Shown here: positions 42,491 to 54,976 of the stretch, piece by piece
How positions within the stretch are numbered: position 1 is the stretch's first letter
Layout of the letters: the number at the start of each line of letters is the position of its first letter
NCBI GenBank assembly: GCA_951406725.2
Contig: OX597826.1
Coordinates: 45,198,001 to 45,262,000 of the forward strand
Length of the DNA: 64,000 bases
Source of the DNA: Octopus vulgaris
Taxonomy: Eukaryota
Direction: 5' to 3'
Program-made: the position numbers and the translations under genes
Notes under the pieces: model-generated
The model's database searches: none
Told to the model about the DNA's origin: nothing
What the model saw: only the letters and a program-made list of their open reading frames with translations

Positions 42491-42699
42491 ATAACAGCAA
42501 CAGCAACAATTTTTCATCCTTTGGTGTTTATTCTTTCTCTCTCCCTGTATGTAGGAAAAAAGATGGGATGGCCATGGCTGGAACACTTTTGATCATAAGT
42601 CCGCTCTACTATGTTTGACCGGAATGTGGCTCAAACAACAACAACAACAACAACAGCCAGTTTCTTCCTTTAATGCGTGTCGTTCTTCCTCTCCGGTCT

Positions 42700-43200
42700 T
42701 GCTCTCTTTCTGTAACTGCTCTTTTCCCCCTCTTCATCTCTCTCGTTTTCTCATCCCTCTCTCTCTCACACTCTCTTACTCTTTTTCTCTCTCCTTTTCT
42801 CTCTCATTACGATCTCTCCCTCTTTCTCTCTCTCTCTCTTTCTCACTGTCTCTTCACTAGCTCTATATTTTCACACAAATTTCACTCTTCTTTTCCTCTC
42901 CCCCTTCACTCACACTAATCTTTCTCTTTTCCTCTGTCTCTCCTTCTCTCTATCTATCACTTCGCTCACTCTACCTTTCTTTTCACTCGCTCTAACCTCT
43001 TTCTCTTTCATTCCATCTCTTTACTCTCTTCTCATTCTCTCTAATCTCCCACCCTTTCTATCTATCTGTCTCCGTGGTCATATACTTTCACTTTCTCTCT
43101 TACGCTTTATCTCTCTCTATATATCTAATCTATTCTATATCATTTTATCTCTCTTTCCACTCATTACCACTCATTATAATCTCTCTTTCTCTCTCTTCCT
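42700..43200. repeat. About 500-bp degenerate (CT)n polypyrimidine tract
   Basis: Directly visible. Confidence 0.9.
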
Positions 43201-43922
43201 TACAAGCCAATGGTGTTTCTTCAATGAAAAGTTAAATGTAGAAACTATAACATAAAAGGCGATAAAAAAATTTACTAGCTTGATTTCATTATAAAACAAC
43301 AGTTATGAAACCATGTAAGGAGACTTTAATCGTCATCATACATGATCTTACAAATAAATTTATTAATTCCTAAAAAAAATATACGGTAGAAATCTATTAA
43401 CGAAGACAACTTAATTTAGAGTTTTACTTGTTGCTTACGTTTTTTTCCTAAATAAAATCCCATTTATATAAAGTTAATTTGATCATTTATAATTACACTG
43501 GACATAAATTAGTGTTCGTGTCGTGTGTGTGTATGTGTGTGCGTACGTGTGTGTTCACACCTGTGTATGTATGTGCCTGTGTGTGAGTGTTCACGCCTGT
43601 GTATGTATGTGCCTGTGTGTGCTTGTGTGTGTGTGATTGTGTGTGTGTGTTTCTGTGTTTGTTCGCGTGCGTGTATGTATATGCGTGTGTATGCGTTTGT
43701 GTATATATCCTGAACGTGCAAGAACGCCGCAAGGCCAAACTGTCGAGAAGTTTCTTTCCGCATCATGAGTTCCCGGGTTCTATCTCATTGTGCGGTATCT
43801 GGGGTATGTGTCTTTTTTTTAACCATAGACCCAGGTTGACCCAAGTCTTGTAGCCTTGTGAATAAAATTGACGTAACGGAAAGTAAGCTAGGCGGAAGTA
43901 CCAGTAGTAATTCAGAACCCTA

Positions 43923-44332
43923 TTTTTACTTCTTTACTGCCCACAAGAGGCTAAACACAGAGGGGACAAACAAGGACAGACAAACGGATTAAGTCGAATA
44001 TATCGACCCCAGTACTTATTTAATCGACCCCGAAAGGGTGAAAGGCACAGTCGACCTCGGCAGAATTTGAACTCGGAACGTAAAAACAGACGAAATACCT
44101 ATTTCTTTACTGCCCACAAGGGGCTAAACACAGAGAGGATAAACAAGGACAGACAAACGGATTAAGCCGATTTACATCGACCCCAGTGCGTAACTGGTAC
44201 TTATTTAATCGACCCCGAAAGGATGAAAGGCAAAGTCGACCTCGGCAGAATTTGAACTGAGAACATAAAGACAGACGAAATGGCACTAAGCATTTCGCCC
44301 GGCGTGCTAACGTTTCTGCCAGCTCGCCGCCT
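43923..44332 (-). mobile_element. SINE family B dimer with 12-bp TSD
   Basis: TSD ttcagaacccta (43911-43922) / ttcaaaacccta (44333-44344). A diverged + copy follows at about 44428-44605. Confidence 0.88.
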
Positions 44333-44855
44333 TTCAAAACCCTAGTCTTGCCATGTACGTGTGTGTGTGGTGGACTATTCAATCATTGATGCGCTAATTA
44401 GCAGTTAATTAAGGTGATTGAGCAACGTGGTGAGCTATCAGAATCGTTCGCATGCCAGGCATATGTTTAGCGGCATTTCATCAAATGCCGACGAGGCCGA
44501 CTTTCCTTTCATCCTTCCGGGGTCGATGAAATAAGTACCAGATAAATACTGGGGGTCGATGTAATCAACTTACCTCCTTCCACCAAGCTACTAGCCTTCT
44601 GCTAAAAATCATAACTAATTAAAATAATCGATCAACTAAATATTCATTATCGATGTTAATGAGGATCTATTTTATTATTTTGTGCATATGTGTATGTTCG
44701 TGTGCGTACCTGCATACGTATATTTTTGTGCAAACCTGTGTGAATTTTTATATTTGTATGTGTTATACCGTGCGTAATAGTATGTATATGTGTGTGTGTG
44801 AATTAGTGCATGAGTGTGTGTGTGTTCATGTATGTGCTTGCGTCTGTTTATACCC

Positions 44856-45060
44856 TTTACTCTTTTACTTGTTTTAGTCAATTGACTGCGGCCATGCTGG
44901 AGCACCGCCTTTAGTCGAGCAACTCGACCCCGGGACTTATTCTTTGTAAGCCCAGTACTTATTCTATCGGTCTCTTTTGCCGAACCGCTAAGTTACGGGG
45001 ACGTAAACACACCAGCATCGGTTGTCAAGCAATGCTAGGGGGACAAACACAGACACACAA

Positions 45061-45100
<40 letters not shown>

Positions 45101-45266
45101 ATATATACGACAGGCTTCTTTCAGTTTCCGTCTACCAAATCCACTCACAAGGCATTGGTCGGCCCGGGGCTATAGCAGAAGACACTTGCCCAAGATGCCA
45201 CGCAGTGGGACTGAACCCGGAACCATGTGGTTGGTTAACAAGGTACTTTACCACACAGCCACTCCT
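44856..45266 (-). mobile_element. SINE family A, young copy
   Basis: Full tail and head, nearly identical to 26664-27061. Confidence 0.92.
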
Positions 45267-45589
45267 TATGTGTGTGTTTGTATCTATTATTTTGTCATGA
45301 TATAAAAAAGGTAACACTTGGATAATTGTTTGATCCAGTGCAATGCTGTTGTTAACAGTATGCATTCATTCACTTGATCTAGCAAATGAATACTCATCCT
45401 CGAAACCGACGAAGACCCATTTAATTTTTATATTTTTATATGCTTATGTGTATGCGTAACACGGGTGTACGTGTCTGTATGTATACGAATATGAATGCAT
45501 ATTCATGCGTGCATATTATTTTTTCGAGCACTTGCGTGTATGTATATATATATGCTTTGTAAGTATATATGCATGTACTATCATATATG

Positions 45590-45629
<40 letters not shown>

Positions 45630-45642
45630 ATATATATATATT

Positions 45643-45680
<38 letters not shown>

Positions 45681-45733
45681 TCAATAAATGGTGGGGTTGT
45701 GTTGACCGCACGTGGAGAAATGATAAGTAAGGA

Positions 45734-45772
<39 letters not shown>

Positions 45773-45842
45773 GCAGAATGCTCAAATGAAAGAAAAATTT
45801 TAATAAAATGAGAAAATGATAAAATATATAAATATATATATT

Positions 45843-45883
45843 TATTCAACCGGTTTTCGTCAATGTATGACTTGTCAAGAATA
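45843..45883 (-). ncRNA. Minimal type I hammerhead ribozyme, U3-A8 core variant, in the Penelope 3' UTR
   Basis: Minus strand reads tattc-TTGACAA-gtca(tacat)tgac-GAA-AACCGGTT-gaata: 5-bp stem I, 4-bp stem II, palindromic stem III. One extra A relative to the ideal register. Confidence 0.7.
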
Positions 45884-46517
45884 TTTATGTTTTAAGAAGT
45901 TTTTTAAAAATTAGAAAGGGGAAAAAAAGAAAATTGCAATGTTTTTTGTAAAAGAATAATGATAAAAATGTACAAAAATTAAAAAATAAGTTCTCCGATA
46001 CATTGTGAGTTCGTTGTGTATCTTGAGTTTTATGGTTGTTTACCAAAAAATTACCTTGAGGTGTTAAGATCCAAAGGGATTAAGAGCATGTGATGTGTTG
46101 TGTTGTTAAATTCAGCATGTTGCAGGACAGGAAGTAGTAGTAATTGTGGTCCTGGTTCTTCAGTTCCTGTGTTGTGAGTAAGGGGAGACAACTCTTTTGA
46201 GTTCTTCAATAAAACCCAAATTATAAAACTATCATTTTAGCTTCATTTGCATTATCTTTTTTATATAATTGCTTGTTAACTTAACTTTCAGATTTTAACA
46301 CTTTATTTATATTATTTTCTAATAATATAAAACTGCATAGACAATTGCATTTCAAATTGTCATATCATTTATAATAAAAATGATAGTAGTAACAACAACA
46401 ATAGTGAAAATGATATTTAAAGAATATAAGTTTTAGCTTGAAGTGGTGAATGCATGGTATCTTTATATATTTGTGTTAGTCCATCCATGAAGAGTGAGGT
46501 AGAGAAAGGAAGTTTGA

Positions 46518-47717
46518 TCAACGAGGAGTTTGCATATTAAGTTGTGTTTGGAATTTTTCAATAAAGAGATTCTCCTTGTTAATTCTCTCCTGTGTGGTGA
46601 TCCCGTCTTTACATTGGTAGAAGGGGAATATATAGAATTTGGGGTTTAAGTCTTTAGCACATGAGTCTAAGTGGTCACTCAGTGGAATTTGTCGGTATTC
46701 CGGGAGATTTATTTGTTCTTTATGCACCGTTACTCGTTTACGTAACGGGAGACTCGTTTGTCCCACATAATTATGTTGGCAACCAGCGCATGTGAGAACG
46801 TAGATAAGGTTCTCGGAGGAACAGGAGAAGTTAGTCTTGATTTTAAACTTCGTACCTTGTTTGAAGGTAAATTCAGAGCCTTCAAGTAGAAAGGGGCAGG
46901 TACCACAGTTTGAGCGTGCACATTTTTTTACTGTTGGGGGTGGATGTGGTGTGTGAAGTTTGGCATTTGTCAAGAGTTTTTTTAAAGATTTGTGTTGCCT
47001 TTTGCATTTGAGGATTTTGTGTGTATTTATAATGTTTTTCATTTTTGGGTCTGTTGACAGTAGACTGAGGTTTTGTATGATTGTGGTGTATGCTTCGATA
47101 TTTTTGGGGTTGTGGGTGGAAATGTATGGAAGTATTTTGAGGTTGTGTGTGGTGTTAGGTTGGGTGGTTATCAGTGTAGTGTTGTCTAGTTCTTTGGCGC
47201 GTTTTATTCCATACTCTATAAGGGTGGAGGGATATTGACGTTGTAATAGTGTTTTTTTGAGGTCTTGAAGGCGTATTTCTCGTGTTTTTGGATCCGAGAC
47301 AATGGTGCATACCCTTTTAGCTAAATTGATGGGGATATTTGTCTTGGTGTGTTTTGGGTGGCATGAACTAAAGAGGAGGTATTGTTGTGAGTCTGTAGGT
47401 TTGTGGTAGATGTCTGTTATGATTTGGTTCTTAGGTGTTTTTATAATTAGGAGATCAAGGAATGGGAGGTGATGTTTGCTAAATTCCATAGTGAATTGGA
47501 TGTTGGGATGTATGTTGTTTAGTATGGTTTTGAATTCCAGGAGTTTTTCATAAGGTTCTTTCCATATGATGAAACAATCATCTAAATACCTTTTCCAGTT
47601 TTCCATTAGGTAGGTGTGGAAAACATGTCCAAATTTCTGGCTTGATATTTCATAGAGTGACAGTTCGAAGTAACCCATTATGAGGTTCGCAAGGACTGGT
47701 GCAGCCTTGGTACCCAT
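46518..47717 (-). CDS. Penelope-like element (Neptune-type) polyprotein, 5'-truncated: RT C-terminal half + Cys-rich linker + GIY-YIG endonuclease
   Basis: 399-aa ORF with (GIA)MGTKAAPVLANL, WKRYLDDCFIIW, IQFTME..LPFLDL, TDIYHKPTDSQQYL..SCHP, linker CARSNCGTC and endonuclease FSCSSENLIYVLTCAGCQHNYVGQT..LRKRVTVH..E. The ATG is an internal Met. Homology continues upstream to about 47808 across a frameshift near 47760. Confidence 0.95.
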   Translation of the reverse strand: MGTKAAPVLANLIMGYFELSLYEISSQKFGHVFHTYLMENWKRYLDDCFIIWKEPYEKLLEFKTILNNIHPNIQFTMEFSKHHLPFLDLLIIKTPKNQIITDIYHKPTDSQQYLLFSSCHPKHTKTNIPINLAKRVCTIVSDPKTREIRLQDLKKTLLQRQYPSTLIEYGIKRAKELDNTTLITTQPNTTHNLKILPYISTHNPKNIEAYTTIIQNLSLLSTDPKMKNIINTHKILKCKRQHKSLKKLLTNAKLHTPHPPPTVKKCARSNCGTCPFLLEGSEFTFKQGTKFKIKTNFSCSSENLIYVLTCAGCQHNYVGQTSLPLRKRVTVHKEQINLPEYRQIPLSDHLDSCAKDLNPKFYIFPFYQCKDGITTQERINKENLFIEKFQTQLNMQTPR

Positions 47718-48281
47718 CGCAATGCCACATTTTTGACGGTAGTGTGTGTCGTCGAAGAGAAAAATTGTTTGTCAGAATGAACTTAAGAGATTCTGTAATA
47801 AAAGACTTATATATATATATATGTATATATGTATATATATATGTATATATATATATGTGTGTGTGTGTGTATAATATATGCGCGTGTGTGTGTTTTTGTG
47901 CATATATATATATATATATATATACATACATATATATATGTGTGTGTGTGTATAAATGCTAGTATGTTGTATGTATATATGTATGCATGTATGTATGTAT
48001 GTATGAATGCTTGTATGTTGTATGTATGTATATATGTATGCACGTATGTATGTATATATGCATATGTATATGTATGAATGGGTGCGCACGTATGCATGTA
48101 TACCTTCAATTGTGAGCATTCTAGCAACTGTGTAGTCATCCTCGAACCCGACGAAGATCCATTTAATTTTTTATCTTCATATGCTTATGTGTATGACTGC
48201 ATAATACGTGTGTATGCGTCTATACTTATACGAACATGTATGTATATTTAAGCGTGCATATTAATTTTTTCGAGTTCAAGC

Positions 48282-48319
<38 letters not shown>

Positions 48320-48652
48320 CATGTATCATGTATTTATATATGTATGTTATGTATATATATATATACATATAAATATATGTATACATATATGCATGTATTA
48401 ATGCATATATGTTGTATGTATATATGTATGTGCGTATGTATCTATATATGAATGTGTGTGTATGAATGGGTGTGTACGTATGCCGGTATGCATGCAATTG
48501 TGTGCATGTGTGCATATATGTGTCTATTATTTCATCATGATATGATAAGTTAAAACTTAATTTTGTGTAACTGGGACTCTTCTTTTCTCTATTGTTATTC
48601 ATTGGTTAATTAACATCAAGTGCATTAGAAGTTTTGTTGTTGTTTTTGTTAC

Positions 48653-48865
48653 CTTTTTTTTGTATTTTGTTTCCTTTTTTCTCCCCGCTTTTTGTGAGAG
48701 ATCTTCTTTCAGATGTAGAGACCTTTTGGCAATATTTTATGAAATTCTGAAAAGTCTGATTCATCCTTGGTGCATCTCATCAAGAATCACTAATCTTCCA
48801 TCCAAATTATTTCTGTAGCTGCTGACGAACGTTAAGAGATATTATCTTGCTTACAAAATGGCGAA
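48653..48865 (-). other. Candidate host exon with possible start codon (MNQTFQNFIKYCQKVSTSERRSLTKSGEKKGNKIQKK)
   Basis: Minus strand has a pyrimidine tract + catag acceptor near 48866, an ATG at 48764, and an open frame to an AAG|gtaaca donor at 48653/48652. No homology recognised. Confidence 0.2.
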
Positions 48866-49287
48866 CTATGAAAAATAAGTTAAGAAAGAAACAACAACGG
48901 GATAAAAAAATAACATAAATAAAACAAAAATCCAAGATGGCTAATTGTTAAAACCAAAAACGTTTTTGGGATAAAATTGAATTTTCTGGAAACGGATTAA
49001 CAGCAATGAATTGAAAAGAATCGACGCGTTAAATGTGATATGACATTTGTGTGATCATCGAAGTTGTACAGGGTTGACAGTTCTGGTGATTATTGTGTTT
49101 ATTAATTCTTTAATGAAAGTAGCAACCAGTAAACCAAAGACAGTTTAATTTTCATACTTCTATGTTCGGTTCGTTTTTAATATGAAATCCCATTTATATA
49201 ATGTTCCGTTCGCTATTTTACGACTCTTTCTAAATATATATCTAGAATTTTCTTAACCACAAATAATATGTACTCATTCCACTTACC

Positions 49288-49319
<32 letters not shown>

Positions 49320-49336
49320 ACTCTCTCTCTCTCTCA

Positions 49337-49371
<35 letters not shown>

Positions 49372-49441
49372 CTCGCTTTCTTTCTCTTTCTCTCTTTATT
49401 TCTGTCTGTCTGTCTGTCTGTCTACTCATTCTCTCTCTCGC

Positions 49442-49472
<31 letters not shown>

Positions 49473-49480
49473 ATCTGTAA

Positions 49481-49515
<35 letters not shown>

Positions 49516-49785
49516 TATATATACACATATATATATACACATACATATATACATATATGTATATATGTATATACATTTATGTGTGTGTATGCCTATTTCT
49601 TTTCTTATTCTTTCGTTATTCATCCTTGTCACTCAGTCTTTATATACTTTCATTTAGACAAGCAATTATAGGCACGTTTATATACATACATAAAATCATA
49701 CATATAATATATACATATACACATATATAACTATCAATAAATTTTTAAATAATTATACACACCTACATAAATGTATATATTTATA

Positions 49786-49884
<99 letters not shown>

Positions 49885-50326
49885 GTATACATAAGCACAC
49901 ACAAGCATATATTTATATATACACTTACATATTGCTATACATACTCTGATACACCCGCAAACTTTCAAATGTATACATTATTGGTACACGTGTGTGTGTC
50001 AGTGTTTGTGAGTGCGTATGTATAGCCTGTATGTATGTGTGTGTGAGTGCTTGTGTGCGCGCGCATGTGTGAGTTTCTGCGTGTGTGTACGTGTGTGCCT
50101 GTGTCTGTGTGCACTCGTATTTAAGTGTGCGCGCGGGCGTTCTTCATTTGAAGTAAACATAATAATTTCAGAAAGCTAACATTTAATAAAACATAATTGA
50201 ACTGTCGGAGAGAAATGGCATTTTTACATTAAAGAATAACTCTCCCCCTATTTATGTATGTATGTTCATACATACATACATACATACATACATACATACA
50301 TGTATGTATGTATGTGTGTATATATA

Positions 50327-50367
<41 letters not shown>

Positions 50368-50404
50368 TTATGTGTGTGTGTGTATGGATGTATGTATGTA
50401 TATA

Positions 50405-50465
<61 letters not shown>

Positions 50466-51940
50466 TTATGTATAGGTACACAAAAAGATAGATTGATATA
50501 TAGCGACATATGTGTGTGTATATATATATATATATATACACATATACATACATCCACAGATTTATATGTGTGTGTGTGTGTGTGTATGTGTGTGTGTGTG
50601 TGTGTGCACGAACATTGAAATGAAATATAAATATAAAAAAAAAATTATTTCTATTTATTTCCACTCAATTAAAAGTAAACTCTATATCAATTACGAATTA
50701 TTTTTATAGCCTTTCGTTGACTGTTGTCTTCATGTTTTTTTTATTTTTCGTATGATATACATACATACACATACACATACATACATACATATATATAATT
50801 TCACTATTATATTTCATTAGAACTTATATCATTATAGGCGAAATATCCTCTTGTGATCACACACATTATGTTGTCCGTCCATAAGAAAATTTCTTTACTT
50901 AAAACCTACATCAAGAATGAATCATTATATGTGTACATGAAAAGTTTGAACAACTATGTAATTAAGAATACCATGTTAAAATGGTTTTGTTATATATTCA
51001 TATTATTCTATATACATTTATCTATTTTATTTTAACCCTCCTTCACATTAAGTCAGTTTTATAAATGCGTTATTAAAACTAGCTTTCGATCTTATAAAGA
51101 ATTCTGCTGACGGTTTTAAAATTAACACATTTTTGTATACAACAGCATTACTTCTATGCGGCATTTATCTTCATCGTACCACTCTAAATTATTAGCTTTG
51201 TGGGTAAATATGTCGGACACATTTTGTACCGGACTAAAAATGCATTATAGTATTGCGATCGCAAATTTCTACTTTATGGATTCACATCTTTCCAAGTTCT
51301 TATTTACGTTTAATTCTCTCAAGATAGATTAAAAAGGTGTTGGTAAATATATTAGAGCCGACATCACCTATTATTCTGTTTGTATTAAAAAGGACGGCCA
51401 TTGAACGTGTAATAAATCAATGTATATTAGCATCTAAAACATATTGGTAAGATACAATTGTCCGAATGTTAGAGAAATTGTTTTACGAATTCCACTTACT
51501 AAGTTAAATTTCCTGGGGAAAAGCATTAACGATACAACATTCTATTGCTGTTCTCCTATAAATTTTACACCAACATCTTTCGTTTTCCTCGTAGGATAAT
51601 TATTTTAAATCTCTTATAAGCTTGAGAAATGAATGTCAGGACTTGCTAACGGCTTTAAAATATTTAAGTGTCTTAACTTCTACATATCAAACAAATATAC
51701 TTAGTATCATAAGCGTAGATTATATTCAAAGTAACTCTAAATCTTGGGTGAAGATTTTCTACTCAGAATGCATAAAATATTATTCTTTTTGATATTATTC
51801 CCGTTCATATTATACGGGGTCTCGGGCGTCTGTATCTGCTGTTGTATGTATACCTGGACAAGATGTTGTTCAGAAGGAGGACAGGCATGCGTGTCTCGCC
51901 TCTCTGAAATTGCTGTCAGATTGCAAAGGAAAGGAAAAGG

Positions 51941-52260
51941 AGCACTCCGTCGGTTACGACGACGAGGGTCCCAGCTGATACGATCAACGGAACAGCCTAC
52001 TCATGAAATTAACGTGCAAGTGACTAAGCAATCCACAGACACGCGTACCCCTAACGTAGTTCTCAGGGAGATTCAGTGTGACACAGAGTGTGACAAGGCC
52101 AGCCCTTTGAAATACAGGTACAACTCATTTTTGCCAGCTGAGTGGACTGGAGCAAGGTGAAATAAAGTGTCTTGCTCAAGGACACAACACGTCGCCGGGA
52201 ATCGAACTGACGACCTTACAATCGTGAGTCGAATGCCCTAACCACTAAGTCACGCGCCTT
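51941..52260 (-). mobile_element. SINE family D, full length
   Basis: Minus strand ggcgcgtgacttagtggttagggcattcgactcacga...agttcgattcccggcg, then body to gtaaccgacggagtgct. Confidence 0.85.
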
Positions 52261-52339
52261 CACTCAGATTGCAAAAGGACAGTAACAAAGACAGCAAGGC
52301 ATGTTTTTCTACCCCTCTTAAAGTTCCGCCAATACATCA

Positions 52340-52765
52340 CTCTGCGTTGGTAGTTTGTTTAATTAACCCTCAAGAGATGAAAGGGTAAGGTGACCTCGGC
52401 GGGATATGAACTGATGATGTAGAGCTTCAAAACAAATACGCAAGGTATCTTGACCGTATGTCTAAAATTCGAAGAATACAACATTCAATATTGGTACTTT
52501 GTTTCATTAATTCCGTAAGGGGGAATAGTAAAGCTGGCCTCCAAAAGAATTGAACTCAAAGACTAAACGATTAACACAAGGCACCTCTCCCGACCTTCTT
52601 ATAGTTTCAGTACACTGTTTTGTGTTGGTGTTTTGTTTTACGATCTTAAAAAGGATAAAATGTGAAGTAGGATTGAATATAATTCGAACTCAGAACGTAT
52701 AGGATTACGAAGTACCACAAAGCTTCCTGTCCAACGTTTCTAACGACTCTGCCAACTCACCTCCT
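52340..52765 (-). repeat. Highly diverged tandem SINE family B-like units
   Basis: Repeated gacctcggcggga/gaactca motifs with a period of about 135 bp. Confidence 0.5.
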
Positions 52766-53502
52766 TCGTCAATGCTGGAAGTTATTAAAATGCACATCAT
52801 CAATATTTTGTTTTTTAACTGTTTTCTCATAGGAGGAAGCGAAGCATCCATTATTCTTTCTTCTTTCTCTGAGACTAACTGGAAGAAGGGAATAATATAT
52901 ACTTAAATCGGATTTATAATCTAAAATCTTACAAAAGAATAGACTTCGCGAAAAGTATCCAAAGGTGAAGTTCTGATGTTAAAACAGGCAACGGATTAAG
53001 TATACCACCCACGATAGCTTACCCGAGTAACGCCCACGCAATTTCAATCTCTATTTGTATTTCAACAACAAGGTATTTTTTGTATCTATGTACAAATATG
53101 TGGAGATTTGTATGTTTTGTTTTATGTATGTATTCTAATGCATATAGTTGCATCTCTGGACATGCTCGTGTATACTTAAATGAAGCTTTACTGTTCTAGT
53201 AATGGATTGGATCTATGGTCTTCTAATAAAGAAATATCTATGGTCTTCTAATTAGCTTTCTTCTTTCTGGTTTTGAGAAGCCTGATTTCTCAAGATTGGT
53301 ATTTGGGCAGTGTGTTACATATCTCAGTACCCAAATAATTACAGGTATAAACCTGAACTTGAAATCTGCGTAGGGTAGCTGTAGATTCCCCAATAGTTCG
53401 GTATCGATATTTTCTTTTTCGCTGATCTTTAACTTTACGTTAACACGCACTGGTCAGCTGATGCCCACAACTGTACACAGTTTCTTTTCTCTATTGCAAA
53501 TT

Positions 53503-53625
53503 ATGTATGTATGTATGTATGTATGTATGTATGTATGTATGTATGTATGTATGTATGTATGTATGTATGTATGTATGTATGTATGTATGTATGTATGTAT
53601 GTATGTATGTATGTATGTGTGTATG
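53503..53625. repeat. Near-perfect (GTAT)n microsatellite
   Basis: Directly visible. Confidence 0.95.
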
Positions 53626-53775
53626 TAAGCAAATTAAAAATAAAATGCAAGCAAAACAACAGCAGTCAAGAGACGTACACTGATTGTATTAAACTGACGC
53701 TCAAGAGACGGAAAAGTGGGTTGTGAGTTTTAACGTTCAGAGCATGACTCTTCGGCAGAGAGAGAAAAGAGTGAA

Positions 53776-53999
53776 AAGTGTCTTCTACTATAGACTCGGG
53801 CCGACCAAAGCCTTGTGAGTGGATTCGGTAGACGAAAACTGAAAGAAACCTGTCGTATATATATATATCACGTGACCGATCAGACCATCAGATGTTGTTA
53901 CACATCACTGGTCACAATGCGTTCGCATTGTTTTAGCCTTCGAATGACGCCACCCCGCTGGCTAAGCGAGCAGGCCATATATATTTATGTATATATATT

Positions 54000-54038
<39 letters not shown>

Positions 54039-54272
54039 ATATGTATGTGTGTGTATATGTTTGTGTCTGTGTTTGTCTCCCCAACATCGCTTGACAACCG
54101 ATGCTGGTGAGTTTACGTCCCCGTAACTTAGCGGTTCAGCAAAAGTGACAGATAGAATATGTACTAGGCTTACAAAGAATAAGTCCTGGGGTCGATTTGC
54201 CCGTCTAAAGACGGTGCTCCAGCATGGCTACGGTCAAATGACTGAAACAAGTGAAAGAGTAAAGAGTAAAGA
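53776..54272 (+). mobile_element. SINE family A (5'-truncated) with insertion 53869-53977 in its TA tract
   Basis: aagtgtcttctactatag...gaaactgaaagaa, then a complete tail to gagtaaagag. Confidence 0.85.
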
Positions 54273-54380
54273 GGGAGAAGGAAAAGTATAGTCCGAAAAA
54301 ACGCACTTGTCACATGTTGGAAAATCAAAAGAAATGTACATGTAGATTATATGTTTTATAATCTTTTAATCTTTTACTTT

Positions 54381-54584
54381 ATTCTTTTACTTGTTTCAGT
54401 CACTTGACTGCAGCCATGGAGGAGCAGCGCCTTTAATCCAATAAATCGAACCCTGGACTTATTCGTTGTAAGCAAAGTACTTTTTCTATCGGTCATTTTT
54501 GCCGAAACACTAAGTTACGGGGACGTAAACAAAACTGCATCAGTTGTCGAGCGATGGTGGGGGAACAAACACAGACACACACAA

Positions 54585-54656
<72 letters not shown>

Positions 54657-54787
54657 CAAAAGAATGAATGAGACCTCAATATTACGTAAACAGAGGTATT
54701 TATCTGTAAAATAATATGTGACAGTTATTGTCACATATTATTTTACTTATATTATATCATATTATATTATATTATATTATATTATAT

Positions 54788-54830
<43 letters not shown>

Positions 54831-54976
54831 CGATGGGCTTCTTTCAGTTCCCATCAACCAAATCTACTCACAAGACTTTGGTCGGCTTATGGCTATAGTA
54901 GAAGACACTTACCCAAGGTTCCACACAGTGAGACTGAACCCAGAATAATGTGGTTGGGAAGCAAGCTTCTTACCAT
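54381..54976 (-). mobile_element. SINE family A with fold-back fragment in its microsatellite
   Basis: Tail 54381-54580 and head 54830-54976. Confidence 0.85.
54653..54746. repeat. Small fold-back fragment of the 15031-15248 family inside a SINE microsatellite
   Basis: Matches the reverse complement of 15157-15225. Hairpin gtaaaataatatgtgaca/tgtcacatattattttac. Confidence 0.7.

Larger units (their letters stand above)
45679..47808 (-). mobile_element. 5'-truncated Penelope-like retrotransposon insertion (ORF fragment + about 840 nt 3' UTR/pLTR) within a (TA)n microsatellite
   Basis: Unique sequence bounded on both sides by (TA)n. The RT-coding sequence stops abruptly at the TA tract at about 47808. 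The 3' region contains a hammerhead motif. Confidence 0.88.

Noticed and set aside
51744-52160. 138-aa ORF with a hydrophobic N-terminus
   Set aside because: Its C-terminal half is antisense SINE D sequence.
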